DNA of 49,892 nt from an uncultured Patescibacteria group bacterium (GCA_938017575.1 CALIJC010000043.1:1-49892), one strand, 5' to 3'; positions 20,421-33,160 are shown, counted from the first letter of the stretch. Notes: generated by a model from the sequence alone, not told the origin. Translations and numbers: made by a program.

Positions 20421-21065
20421 GTGGTAGCTTCTAAAATGGTTTTGGATAAATCATCATTTGGGTACCAATGTCATATTGGTGGTAAACAAATTAATATTGG
20501 TGTATTAGCTAGTGGGAATGGTACTAACTTTGAGGTGATTCAACAGAATATATTAAATAGAAAAATTAATGGTAGAATTAGACTTGTTATTTGTAATATT
20601 CCAGACGCGCCAGTTATTTCCAAGGCAAAGAGTTTTAATAGAAGAACTTTGGAACTTTATCATCAGTCGTATAATGATCGAGAAGGTTTTGATACAGAGG
20701 TTGTCGAAGCTTTGCAATACTTTGAAATTGATTTAGTGGTTATGGCTGGGTGGATGAGAATCTCCACAAACAAACTAATTGAACCATTTGAAAATAGAAT
20801 TATTAATTTGCACCCATCATTATTGCCAGAGTTTAAAGGAAATAATGCAATTAATCAGGTTTGTGGAGCTTTTCAAGCAAATGAAATTACTGAATCTGGA
20901 GCTACAGTGCATTTAGTTACACCAGAGCTTGATTCAGGCCCAATAATTCAACAAGATAGGTTTATTATTCGACCTGGATATACTATAACAGATATAACTC
21001 GTGAAACAAGAAAAATTGAATATGAAATTTTAACAAAAGCTATTAGAATGTTTGTAAAAACTTGA
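20421..21065 (+). CDS. purN: Phosphoribosylglycinamide formyltransferase
   Basis: ASGNGTNF phosphate loop, AGWMRI, INLHPSLLP (N/H catalytic), GATVH, LDSGPII. Confidence 0.9.
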   Translation: MVASKMVLDKSSFGYQCHIGGKQINIGVLASGNGTNFEVIQQNILNRKINGRIRLVICNIPDAPVISKAKSFNRRTLELYHQSYNDREGFDTEVVEALQYFEIDLVVMAGWMRISTNKLIEPFENRIINLHPSLLPEFKGNNAINQVCGAFQANEITESGATVHLVTPELDSGPIIQQDRFIIRPGYTITDITRETRKIEYEILTKAIRMFVKT

Positions 21066-21090
21066 TAAATAGATCTAAGGAATTTGTATT

Positions 21091-21123
21091 TCGCTCTGAA
21101 AATTTATTCAGAGCGAGTTTTTT
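21091..21123 (+). terminator. Terminator after purN
   Basis: TCGCTCTGAA/TTCAGAGCGA 10-bp stem plus a T-tract. Confidence 0.85.
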
Positions 21124-21179
21124 GACTAAATAAGTAAACATGTGTATAATAAATAGTATCAAACGAAACAAAAACAAAA

Positions 21180-21752
21180 ATGGAATTTTTACTGCTCATC
21201 ATATCTTTGTGGTTTATTATTAGCTTGATTAGATCAGCGTTTAAAGCCAGTGCTAATATTAGTACAGGTGCGCCAAGTGAATCAGGTTGGGTTTATGTTA
21301 TTGAGAGAGATGGGTATTTAAAAATTGGTAGTTATGGATATAATAAATTGGGGTTAGTAAATGAGCTAAAAAAATATGTTAGTTCCGATATTATACCAAA
21401 AGATGGTAATGTGAATTTAGTATATTATTATTATTTTGATAATTTTTCCAAAAAAGAAAATCTACTCTCCGAATATCTAAATGGTATGGCTGATAAATAT
21501 AGTGACTATGTCCATTCCAAATCTCCAAAAACCAAAGAAGGGGTAGCAATTATAGAATTATCTAGAGTTCCAGAAAGACAAAATTGGTTTAAATATGATT
21601 GTCATTATAATAAAATTCACGACAGAATTATTTCTTGGTTTAACCACTCCAAAAATTCTAATGATTCGAAATATAGCAAAGTGATTGCAGAGACTAATCA
21701 GATTTTAAACGAATGGGATAATATATTTGTTCATAGATTACCAGAGTTGTAG
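21180..21752 (+). CDS. TM-anchored protein with a possible GIY-YIG/T5orf172-like nuclease domain
   Basis: N-terminal TM, GWVYVI…YLKIG and a late NWF resembling the EWF motif. Confidence 0.45.
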   Translation: MEFLLLIISLWFIISLIRSAFKASANISTGAPSESGWVYVIERDGYLKIGSYGYNKLGLVNELKKYVSSDIIPKDGNVNLVYYYYFDNFSKKENLLSEYLNGMADKYSDYVHSKSPKTKEGVAIIELSRVPERQNWFKYDCHYNKIHDRIISWFNHSKNSNDSKYSKVIAETNQILNEWDNIFVHRLPEL

Positions 21753-21802
21753 CTTGACTAAAACATTCAATTTGGTTTATTATCAGATTGTAAAAGCTCT
21801 AA

Positions 21803-23140
21803 ATGAATAGGTATACTAAGCCTTTATGTCAGGATACAAATAGTGATAATCCATCGAAGAAAATCTCTTCAGATAAAGACGTTGGTTTGTTTAAAAACTT
21901 GATAGACGTTTTACCTAGTGGGATATTCATAAAAAATGAGTTTGGTAAATACCTTTTAGTAAACAAATACGTTGATGAATTAGTCTCACCAAAGGGTGAA
22001 ACGTTAGTCGGTAAATATGATCGGGATTTTTTCCCAAAAAAAGTATATGAAAAGCTCCTCAAAGCAGATAGGGAGCTATTAAATTACAAAAAAAAAGTTA
22101 TTGAGACTGTTGAAAATATTCCAACCAAAAAAGGCTGTAAACATTTACTTACAAAAAAACAGATCTTACAGAATCCTTTTGGTGGAAAAGAGAGAGTAAT
22201 TTTGGCAGCTACTACAGATATTACAGAAATAAAAAAAATTCAAAAGAAATTAAATGATGTAAATTCACTTCTACGAAAGGTAACACATTTGATTCCGGAT
22301 ATTGTTTTTGTGCTTAATTTAGAAACTAGAGAAATATCAAATTCTAACGATGCATTTTTTAGGTTGCTCGGTTATGATAAAGAGGTTGTTGAAAACACAC
22401 CAAAGTTTTGGTTTCTAAAAATGCACCCTCAAGATAGAATAGACGAAGAGGTTTTTTTCAATAAGCTCAGGACGATGAAAACCGCACAGGTTATTAAAAA
22501 GGAGATTAGGTATAAAAATTCTGATGGAAAATATATTTGGGCCAATACAATTATTACACCATTTAATTATAAAAAACATCAGGTTAGTCATGTTTTAATT
22601 GCTATTGAAGATATTCATAAACTCAAAAAACTACAGCAAAAATTTGAAAAAGAGTCTCACTTTGATCATCTAACTAAAATTTTTAACCGAAGGTATTTCA
22701 TGAAGAAGCTAACGAAGATTCTAAGTAAATCGAAACCCTTTACTTTGTTATTCGTTGATTTGGATAAATTTAAATCTATTAATGATACTTATGGTCATGA
22801 GATAGGGGATAGGTTGTTAGTTGAAACTGCTGGCAGATTAAAGTCAATTTTTCGAAGGAAATCTGATGTGGTTGCTAGATTAGGTGGGGATGAGTTTGTG
22901 GTTATAATTGAAAAAGGTCTTACGGATGAGCCTAACACTGAAATTTCATCTAAACTAAGGCAACAGTTTTCTCTGCCTCTTTGTAGTAATGGAACTAGTG
23001 TTAGCTATAAACCTAGTATTGGAGCGATATATATTGATAGTGATTTTGGTATGAGTCCTGAAGATGTTCTTCATAAAGCTGACCAGGCAATGTATAGGGC
23101 TAAAAGGATTGACAGTATTGATATTGTGTTTTTTGAATAG
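21803..23140 (+). CDS. PAS-PAS-GGDEF diguanylate cyclase
   Basis: Two PAS/PAC domains, DHLTKIFNRR, DLDKFKSINDTYGHEIGD, RKSD I-site, GGDEF, ADQAMYRAK. Confidence 0.95.
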   Translation: MNRYTKPLCQDTNSDNPSKKISSDKDVGLFKNLIDVLPSGIFIKNEFGKYLLVNKYVDELVSPKGETLVGKYDRDFFPKKVYEKLLKADRELLNYKKKVIETVENIPTKKGCKHLLTKKQILQNPFGGKERVILAATTDITEIKKIQKKLNDVNSLLRKVTHLIPDIVFVLNLETREISNSNDAFFRLLGYDKEVVENTPKFWFLKMHPQDRIDEEVFFNKLRTMKTAQVIKKEIRYKNSDGKYIWANTIITPFNYKKHQVSHVLIAIEDIHKLKKLQQKFEKESHFDHLTKIFNRRYFMKKLTKILSKSKPFTLLFVDLDKFKSINDTYGHEIGDRLLVETAGRLKSIFRRKSDVVARLGGDEFVVIIEKGLTDEPNTEISSKLRQQFSLPLCSNGTSVSYKPSIGAIYIDSDFGMSPEDVLHKADQAMYRAKRIDSIDIVFFE

Positions 23141-23318
23141 ACAATCAAAAAAAATTCTGTGAAAGTTAGGAAATTGTATCCAAGAAAGAAGGTGTCGAAA
23201 ATGAATAATTAGGAACTCATTTTAGTAAAATGATATAAAAAATAATAACGCTTAATGAAGACTTTTTCTGCAACACGCTCTTTTATATTATGTTTCTGTA
23301 TGTTATCATATCTTTTGT

Positions 23319-24100
23319 ATGAAAGAAAGTGTATTTTTTGGTAGAAATATGAAGAAGAAAGATAAATCATATCATGGATCTAGACTCAAAAAAGAGGATA
23401 TGGTTAGTGATGGGAACAGTGGTGTTAAATTATATTCTGCAAATAATCCAAAAATCAACAATTTGAAATCTTCTAATAATGATACTTTATGGGGTCCAGG
23501 TGTCTACACCGCGGATTTTGTTTCTGTAGATGCGTATTCGAAAATTCATGGGGGTGATACTTTTGAAATAGAGATTAAGGGTAAAAAAATGTTTGATTTA
23601 AATAAGGTCTTATTCTTGATAAAGATGTTGATGGAGTATATAACAGACTGGATAAACTAAAAGATAGAAATATTGATTTATATAATTTGGTAATAAATGA
23701 ATTGAAGGTATTACTGGAGGGGTTTGTTGAGAGAATTCAAACAGAGTTAGATAATATTGAATTAACTCAGAATACTTTTGCAAAATACGCTATTAAATCA
23801 TATTCACCATTGTGGATTGCTTATTATACAGGGATATTGAGGCAAATTAAGAGTGGTGATTCTATTAACCGACCAATATTAGGTTTAAATTCAGAAAGTT
23901 ATTTTTATAATCTGGACAACTCCTATGTTAAATCACTGCCTAGGATGAGATGGATATTTAATAGCTATATAAATGATTTAGGTTATGATGGTATAATTGC
24001 TAGTGAAAAACCAGATTGGAATAGTAATTTGGATTCAAATGAGAATATATATATTATTTTTGACGACGGAGAGGGTGTTTCTGCTAAAAAAATTGATTAA
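23319..24100 (+). pseudogene. Frameshifted ADP-ribosyltransferase-like gene (ART-PolyVal-like motifs)
   Basis: ORF1 has YHGS and WGPGVYT; ORF2 has GYDGII and YIIFD. The ORF2 frame is open from 23606, so a single -1 shift joins them. Confidence 0.6.
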
Positions 24101-24149
24101 TATAAAACAAAAAAAACGCCCTAAGGCGAATTATTAAACTATTTTAACA

Positions 24150-24224
24150 TGGTCGGGGTGCAGGGAATTGAACCCTGTACCTCTTGCTCCCAAAGCAAGC
24201 ATGCTACCGATGCACCACACCCCG
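24150..24224 (-). tRNA. tRNA-Pro(TGG)
   Basis: Reverse complement: CGGGGTG…CTTGC-TT-TGG-GA-GCAAG…CAGGG-TTCAATT-CCCTG-CACCCCG-A-CCA. Confidence 0.96.
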
Positions 24225-24315
24225 ATTACTAATACAGTATTTAGTTATGTTTATTATATGATTATAATTATGTCAAGGTTTTTGGTGTTGTTTTGAGTTA
24301 TTTAGGAAAAAGTGG

Positions 24316-24345
24316 TTGACAAGATCAGAAAAATTTGTTTTTCTA
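24316..24345 (+). promoter_or_regulatory. Probable promoter of the stand-alone 23S rRNA
   Basis: Perfect TTGACA at 24316 upstream of the processing stem; the -10 match is weak. Confidence 0.45.
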
Positions 24346-24512
24346 CAAGAGCTACGATCAGAAAAAAATATTTTCCTAAATGTAGTTGTTTTACAGCTGG
24401 ATTTTAGTAATTCGGGTATAGAGAATTACACTGAGTTATTTTATTATAGCTCTATGTATTCGATATTCCAATTGTAAATTCGATCAAAATTGTAAGTTCA
24501 AAAATCTGTAAA

Positions 24513-27611
<3,099 letters not shown>

Positions 27612-27681
27612 TGTAGCTTTTTGAGCTTTTGATCAATCAAATCATTTAAAACACTTTACTAAAATCCAGCTGTAAGACAGT

Positions 27682-27704
27682 AACACCCGAAAGGGTGTTT
27701 TTTT
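27682..27704 (+). terminator. Terminator closing the 23S transcription unit
   Basis: AACACCC-GAAA-GGGTGTT hairpin plus a T-tract. Confidence 0.9.
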
Positions 27705-27728
27705 ATAGTATTGATATAATTTTTTTTA

Positions 27729-28190
27729 ATGAAACAGAATATGCCTAATTTAAATACTGCGAAATACTATACTAATTTTGGGTTCAAAGGTTATGAATTG
27801 AAAGACTTTCATTGTACACATTTATATTTAGGAGATTTGAATGATGTAAATGTTTTAGCTATTATAGAACTTATTAATAATTTTTTTATCAAAAAACAAC
27901 TTACTCCATTTTTAGTACGATTTGATTCCCTAGAGAAGTTTAATAATAGAAAAGTGTTACTTGGAGATGCTATAACTTTTGATAACTGTTTTAAAATATT
28001 ATTTAATGAGATAGAAACTATCTGCCGATCTTTGCATGATTTTAAACCACATGTTTCTGTAAAATCTGACATAACATGCTTCGAAGCTGAAATTGATAGG
28101 TATGTAGTTGTTAAAAAACAGGCTGGAAAAATTTACTATATAAAGACATTTGAATTTATTAATAACGAAAATAATAACATAATTTATTAA
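27729..28190 (+). CDS. 2H phosphoesterase superfamily protein (LigT/ThpR-like)
   Basis: Two catalytic motifs, FHCTHLYLG (HxT) and FKPHVSV (HxS), at typical spacing. Confidence 0.75.
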   Translation: MKQNMPNLNTAKYYTNFGFKGYELKDFHCTHLYLGDLNDVNVLAIIELINNFFIKKQLTPFLVRFDSLEKFNNRKVLLGDAITFDNCFKILFNEIETICRSLHDFKPHVSVKSDITCFEAEIDRYVVVKKQAGKIYYIKTFEFINNENNNIIY

Positions 28191-28369
28191 AGTACCGCAA
28201 TTATTCAGATTTTGTACTGTGACTACAGATTATTTTTCAATATTTAATTAGGAAAAACTGTGGAAATATTTAATTTGATTTTAAAGAATTTATGAGAATT
28301 ATAAATGTAGAAATTGATGGCTGTAGGTTATCTACAGCCATTTGTGACTTTTGTTGGTGATTTACAAAT

Positions 28370-28915
28370 TTACCAGCCAGTACTTACTCCGCTTCGGTCA
28401 ATAATTTGTTGAATTCTCGGTAGTTTACTAATGTGATCTTGGTAAATTATCCCAAAATAATAGGTTACACCATTTGTCGATTCTATTGGTTGAGTAACAG
28501 TAATAATTCCCCATTTGTTACTTTGTTTACTGCAGCCTTCGTAGGCTTTTACAATTTTTGGTCCGCGTTCAGTTTTGTTCGAAGGGTGAGGTTTTTTACA
28601 ACCTTTTACAAATGAATCGAAAGAAACTGGAGAATTTTTTTGAATAATAATATGATAAAAAGGTATGTCAGATCTAACTATTGAATCAAAGACGTTTGGT
28701 CCAGCAAGGAGCATTTTCATAGATCGATTACCCCTGGATTCAGCGCTCCAATTGGTAGGGATTTTTGTTGTAATCAGTCCAGAAACATGAGCTTCGGGTT
28801 TTAATTTAGAACTTTCTATGTAATTTTCGTAGCTTTTGCCTCTTCCTTCAAAAGCTGATACTGGCAAACTAATTATTGTTAATAAAACAGTTAAACCTAA
28901 TGCACGTTTTAACAT
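28370..28915 (-). CDS. Secreted hypothetical protein
   Basis: Signal peptide ending in VSA; no recognisable domain. Hairpin at 28318-28341 lies downstream. Confidence 0.6.
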   Translation of the reverse strand: MLKRALGLTVLLTIISLPVSAFEGRGKSYENYIESSKLKPEAHVSGLITTKIPTNWSAESRGNRSMKMLLAGPNVFDSIVRSDIPFYHIIIQKNSPVSFDSFVKGCKKPHPSNKTERGPKIVKAYEGCSKQSNKWGIITVTQPIESTNGVTYYFGIIYQDHISKLPRIQQIIDRSGVSTGW

Positions 28916-29103
28916 TTAGAATCTCAACTTTTTGTGTCCAACAGATATATACTTTTCATATAATTGCTGAAATGTCAAAACTTGGTTAAACTAATAATTG
29001 ATGAAAATTTTGATACTGAAACTTGCATTGTTGGTTATTGTGTGGTATAATGTAGTCATCATATTCGAATATAGCGAATTAACAAAAACAAAAACTAAAT
29101 TAT

Positions 29104-29490
29104 ATGGAAAAATTAGGGAAAAATTTTGTAATTAGTATTTATATCGTGGTTGTTTCAATGATAGTATTTGGGAATCTTTTTGGTCTATTATCTGATATTG
29201 TTGCTTCAGTAATGATTATATTTGTTGGTATCGATTTATTACTATATGCTCTGGTTTCAGATAAATTAATAAGCTTACGAAAAAAAAGTGGTAAAAAATC
29301 TAATCGAAAGTCAAAATCAAAGAAAATTACAAAAAGAAGTACTTTTGGGAATACTAAAAAGAATAAAATTTATAATTCAGAAAATAAAATCATTAACTCA
29401 ATTAAAGTACTAATCAACTTTCAAATTTCTCTTTTTTGTTCCCCTTACAACTTCTTTAAAAATTCTCTTTCTAAAAAATCACAAAAGTAG
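29104..29490 (+). CDS. Hypothetical membrane protein (2 TM, Lys-rich tail)
   Basis: Two hydrophobic segments; upstream TTGCAT…TGnTATAAT promoter. Confidence 0.55.
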   Translation: MEKLGKNFVISIYIVVVSMIVFGNLFGLLSDIVASVMIIFVGIDLLLYALVSDKLISLRKKSGKKSNRKSKSKKITKRSTFGNTKKNKIYNSENKIINSIKVLINFQISLFCSPYNFFKNSLSKKSQK

Positions 29491-29516
29491 ACGAAAAGGT
29501 AAATACTCGTTTAGAT

Positions 29517-30198
29517 TTGAAAATGGACAAAGCAAATCAGATTTTAGATAGTGTAGAGAGAGATTTTATTCAGATAAAAGATGATTTCAAAGTTGATGCC
29601 ATGAAAAAATATATGCGTGGTATGTTTGATTATTTTGGTATCACTGCACCTAATAGAAAAAAAGTTCTAAAAAAATACAAAAATGAAATTCGCGAGCTGG
29701 AATGGGATCAAGTTAAAATATTGGTTTTAGAAATGTGGGATAAACCACAAAGAGAATTTCAACAATTTGGACAGGATGTTCTGGATTGGTTTCCAAAATC
29801 ATATAAAGAAGATGATTGGAAATTTTTGGAAGAGCTAATTACAAAAAAATCTTGGTGGGATACAGTGGACTTTCTTTCTTCCCATCAATATCGGGACTAT
29901 TCATTATTATACGAATCAAATTCTCATAAAATTATTGATAGATGGTTAGATTCTGGTAATATTTGGCTGCAACGATCATGTTTATTGTATCAACTTTTTT
30001 ATCGTGAAAACACGAATATTGAAATCTTGGAAAAATCAATTGGTAAATTGAAAGAAAGTGATGAATTTTTTATACAAAAAGCTATAGGCTGGATTCTCAG
30101 AGAGTATTCCAAAACAAACAATTAACTGGGTCGAATACTATATTAAAAACACAAAATTAAAGCCTTTATCGGTTAGGGAAGGTTCCAAGTTTTTGTAA
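29517..30198 (+). pseudogene. AlkD-family DNA alkylation repair protein with a +1 frameshift near the C-terminus
   Basis: YMR…GI.AP.R, REFQ, SWWDTVD, EFFIQKAIGWILREYSKTN. The family tail INWVEYYIKNTKLKPLSVREGSKFL* continues in another frame at 30121-30198. Confidence 0.8.
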
Positions 30199-30219
30199 TA
30201 ATATCTTTTTGATAGTATT

Positions 30220-30253
30220 TTGCATAAACATATATTTGTGATATAATAATACT
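30220..30253 (+). promoter_or_regulatory. Sigma70 promoter abutting the heliorhodopsin start (probably leaderless)
   Basis: TTGCAT at 30220, TGnTATAAT at 30242-30247, ATG at 30254. Confidence 0.65.
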
Positions 30254-31096
30254 ATGTCAAAAACAAAAATTAAAACATATACATTAAAATTTAATGAACT
30301 GCGTGTTTGGAATTTGGTTATGGGTATTTTGCATTTGGTGCAAGGTATTATCATGATAACTCTGTCTAATGGTTCAACATTTTTAACAAAACTATATTTG
30401 CCAGTGCCGGATGTTGCCACAAGATCTGCGTCAATTGTAGCAGAGGATTTTATTGAAATAAATTTAGGCTATGCAATAGCGGCGTTTTTGTTGTTATCTG
30501 CTGTTGCTCATTTCATAACTATTTTACCCCGTGTTCACCAATGGTATTTGAATAACCTAAAGAAAGAAATAAATTTGATTAGATGGTGGGAATATGCTTT
30601 AAGTAGTTCATTAATGATTGTTGTGGTTGCGGCACTTTCATTTGTGGATGACGCTTCAACTTTGTTGTTAATATTTTTCTCTAACGCTGCAATGAATTTG
30701 TTTGGAGCGATGATGGAAAAGAATAATAGTTTGCTCAAACAAAATGCAAAGCTCGAAAAGAAAATTAATAAAGAAAAGGCTGTCGAATATAAAACAGACT
30801 GGTCTGGATACTTGTACGGAATTTTTGCTGGGCTAGCTCCTTGGATAATTGTATTTACATATTTTTATGCAACACTGGATAGGGTAGATAGTATTACGCC
30901 AATTCCAGATTTTGTTAAAACAATTGTGCCAGTACTATTTATTTCATTCAATACATTTGCAATAAACATGTTCTTGCAATACAAGAAAATTGGTCCATGG
31001 AAAAATTATTTATTTGGTGAAAAAATGTATATCATTCTGAGCTTAGTTGCTAAATCAATTTTAGCTTGGATAATTTTCGGTGGAACTTTGAGATAA
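30254..31096 (+). CDS. Heliorhodopsin
   Basis: Seven TM helices; HLVQG (TM1 His), AHF (TM2 His), RWWEYALSSSLM (counterion Glu), YIILSLVAK (retinal-binding Lys); basic N-terminus consistent with inverted topology. Confidence 0.95.
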   Translation: MSKTKIKTYTLKFNELRVWNLVMGILHLVQGIIMITLSNGSTFLTKLYLPVPDVATRSASIVAEDFIEINLGYAIAAFLLLSAVAHFITILPRVHQWYLNNLKKEINLIRWWEYALSSSLMIVVVAALSFVDDASTLLLIFFSNAAMNLFGAMMEKNNSLLKQNAKLEKKINKEKAVEYKTDWSGYLYGIFAGLAPWIIVFTYFYATLDRVDSITPIPDFVKTIVPVLFISFNTFAINMFLQYKKIGPWKNYLFGEKMYIILSLVAKSILAWIIFGGTLR

Positions 31097-31116
31097 AATT
31101 TCAAACTACCAAAGGT

Positions 31117-31149
31117 AAAAATATGACCCTATAAATTGGGTCATATTTT
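31117..31149. terminator. Bidirectional terminator between heliorhodopsin and the redoxin gene
   Basis: AAAATATGACCC…GGGTCATATTTT inverted repeat overlapping the stop codon of the minus-strand gene. Confidence 0.75.
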
Positions 31150-31695
31150 CCATTTTATATTACAACCAACACTTGGTTTTTGATCAGGATCAATGGGTTT
31201 TTTGGAAATTATATTGTCTAACGCATTTCTAATGTCAGTTCCATTTGGTATTCCTTTTCCTGGCCGCGAATCATCAAATTGTCCTCTATATACTAATTCT
31301 AATTTTTCATTATAAATAAAGAAATCTGGGGTACACTCTGCGCCATAATCTTTGGCAACTTGTTGTGTTTCGTCGTATAGATAAGGGAATTTATAACCTA
31401 GTTCTATAGCCATTTTTTTCATTTCACCTGGGCCATCTTGTGGGTAATATTCAACATCATTTGAGCTGATTGCAATAAAATTTATTCCCTTTTCCATATA
31501 CTCATTTGATAGATTTACTATCTCGCTGTTTAGGTGTTTTACAAATGGGCAGTGGTTACAGATGAACATTATTACAGTTGCTGTACCTGACTTTAAATTA
31601 TCCAAATTTACTACTTCGTTATCAATAGTATTTAGTAAATTGAAACTGGGAGCTGTTGATCCAAGCGGGACCATTGAAGATGGAGTTAATGACAT
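31141..31695 (-). CDS. Thioredoxin-fold AhpC/TSA (peroxiredoxin-like) protein
   Basis: FICNHCPFV, YPQDGP, A.CTPDFF, YRGQFDDSRP, PSVGCNIKWK. Confidence 0.92.
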   Translation of the reverse strand: MSLTPSSMVPLGSTAPSFNLLNTIDNEVVNLDNLKSGTATVIMFICNHCPFVKHLNSEIVNLSNEYMEKGINFIAISSNDVEYYPQDGPGEMKKMAIELGYKFPYLYDETQQVAKDYGAECTPDFFIYNEKLELVYRGQFDDSRPGKGIPNGTDIRNALDNIISKKPIDPDQKPSVGCNIKWKI

Positions 31696-31775
31696 AAAAA
31701 AATAGTTATGGTTTTGTGTTTTGATGTCAAAAGAAAACTTTGACAGAAGATTAAATTAGGTGATTATATAATTAT

Positions 31776-32225
31776 ATGTCTATTAAATTACATCAAATCA
31801 CACCAAACATAATGACAGCAGATGTTTCAAAATCGGTTAAATTTTATACTAATTTATTTGGTTTGGAAATAGAATATTTGGTTCGCCAAGGTGGAGAAAA
31901 TGACGAAGGTTTTGATACCGAAGTTGATGATAACAAAGTATACCAATATGCTGGTTTATCCAAAGATGGATTCAAAATTGGCATACAAGAAAAATTAAGC
32001 TTTATTGCAGATGTAAAAGAAACCACAGATAAAACACCTGGTACTTTTAGCGGTGATTTATATTTTGAAGTTGATGATTTAGAGGCTATAAAAGAAAAAT
32101 TAGATGATAGTGATTTTCGAGAGCTAGAAACAACCTGGTATGGTATGAAAGAAGTTTATTTAAAAGACCCAGATGGGTATGTAATTTGTATTGCAGCCAA
32201 AGATGAGAATTTTAGCATGGTGTAG
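31776..32225 (+). CDS. VOC/glyoxalase/bleomycin-resistance family protein
   Basis: SVKFYT..FG, LYFEVDD, TWYGMKE…DPDGY. Confidence 0.88.
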   Translation: MSIKLHQITPNIMTADVSKSVKFYTNLFGLEIEYLVRQGGENDEGFDTEVDDNKVYQYAGLSKDGFKIGIQEKLSFIADVKETTDKTPGTFSGDLYFEVDDLEAIKEKLDDSDFRELETTWYGMKEVYLKDPDGYVICIAAKDENFSMV

Positions 32226-32317
32226 ATTTTAATTATTGTGGAGTTTGACAAAGGCTGTTTTATGGTGTATAACTAGGTTAGTTAGAAGTTATATCTAGTA
32301 CAAGTTGGAGAAGTGTT

Positions 32318-32830
32318 TTGAAAAAAATTTCTTATTCTTTAGTTTTATTACTTTTATTTTTACTACCAGTACCTTCAGCAAAAGCTGAACAACTATGGTA
32401 TAAAGATGATATAGAAAAAGATGCTAGAAAACACACAAAGTTAAGAAACGATCAGTTTCTAACAAATGTTATTAAAGGTGGTTGTAGGATAACTTTTAGG
32501 AAACCTTATTGGGGTACAATGACTCTGAAAAGGAGGAATAGAAATCCTTATATTTCTGCTCTACGAACTAAACTTAGTTTTCCTTTTGCTGGTAGGGTGG
32601 CTGTTAGAAAGGAAGTTCATTCTGATCACAACCATTTCTATGCGACTATCCCCAAAAATATGGAGAGAGCTTGTAATAAATATGAATGGCTAGTTAGGGA
32701 CTTTGTATTCGAAGGTAAAAAATATACAAAAATTACCTTTGTTTTGAATAAAGTTGTTTATGAGAACCTTCATGTTGATAAATCGATTATATCCAAAACT
32801 GAGATTGAAAATATGCTGATGAATCAGTAA
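32318..32830 (+). CDS. Secreted basic hypothetical protein
   Basis: TTG start after GGAG, signal peptide ending in AKA; upstream TTGACA…TATAAC; hairpin terminator at about 32869-32898. Confidence 0.6.
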   Translation: MKKISYSLVLLLLFLLPVPSAKAEQLWYKDDIEKDARKHTKLRNDQFLTNVIKGGCRITFRKPYWGTMTLKRRNRNPYISALRTKLSFPFAGRVAVRKEVHSDHNHFYATIPKNMERACNKYEWLVRDFVFEGKKYTKITFVLNKVVYENLHVDKSIISKTEIENMLMNQ

Positions 32831-33160
32831 TTTATGTTACTTTCATCTTTGTGGTTTACAAACAAATATACCCATCCGATTTTGCTGGATGGGTGTTTCT
32901 TTTTGAATTTTAAATACTATGTTGACGCACTATTAACTTCTCTATTAATTATGATGTCTACTATAAAACAACTCCTATCTTTGAAAAATGTAGACCATGT
33001 TCATTATTTAAGTGGATTATATTTTATTCTATATAAAAAATATAAAAAAATTTATTTGCATAGATTAAAGTATTGTGATATAATGAAAAGCAAATCAAAA
33101 AGAATAAATAAAAAAAACAAAAAAAAGCTAGAATACAACTAGTATTGAACAAAAATAAAT

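Noticed and set aside
18800-24150. Genomic island or prophage integrated at tRNA-Pro
   Set aside because: Accessory-like genes, but no integrase, transposase, phage genes or duplicated tRNA 3' end was seen.
32834-33142. 102-aa ORF upstream of giant protein 2
   Set aside because: Spans a terminator hairpin and the AT-rich promoter region; low-complexity translation.
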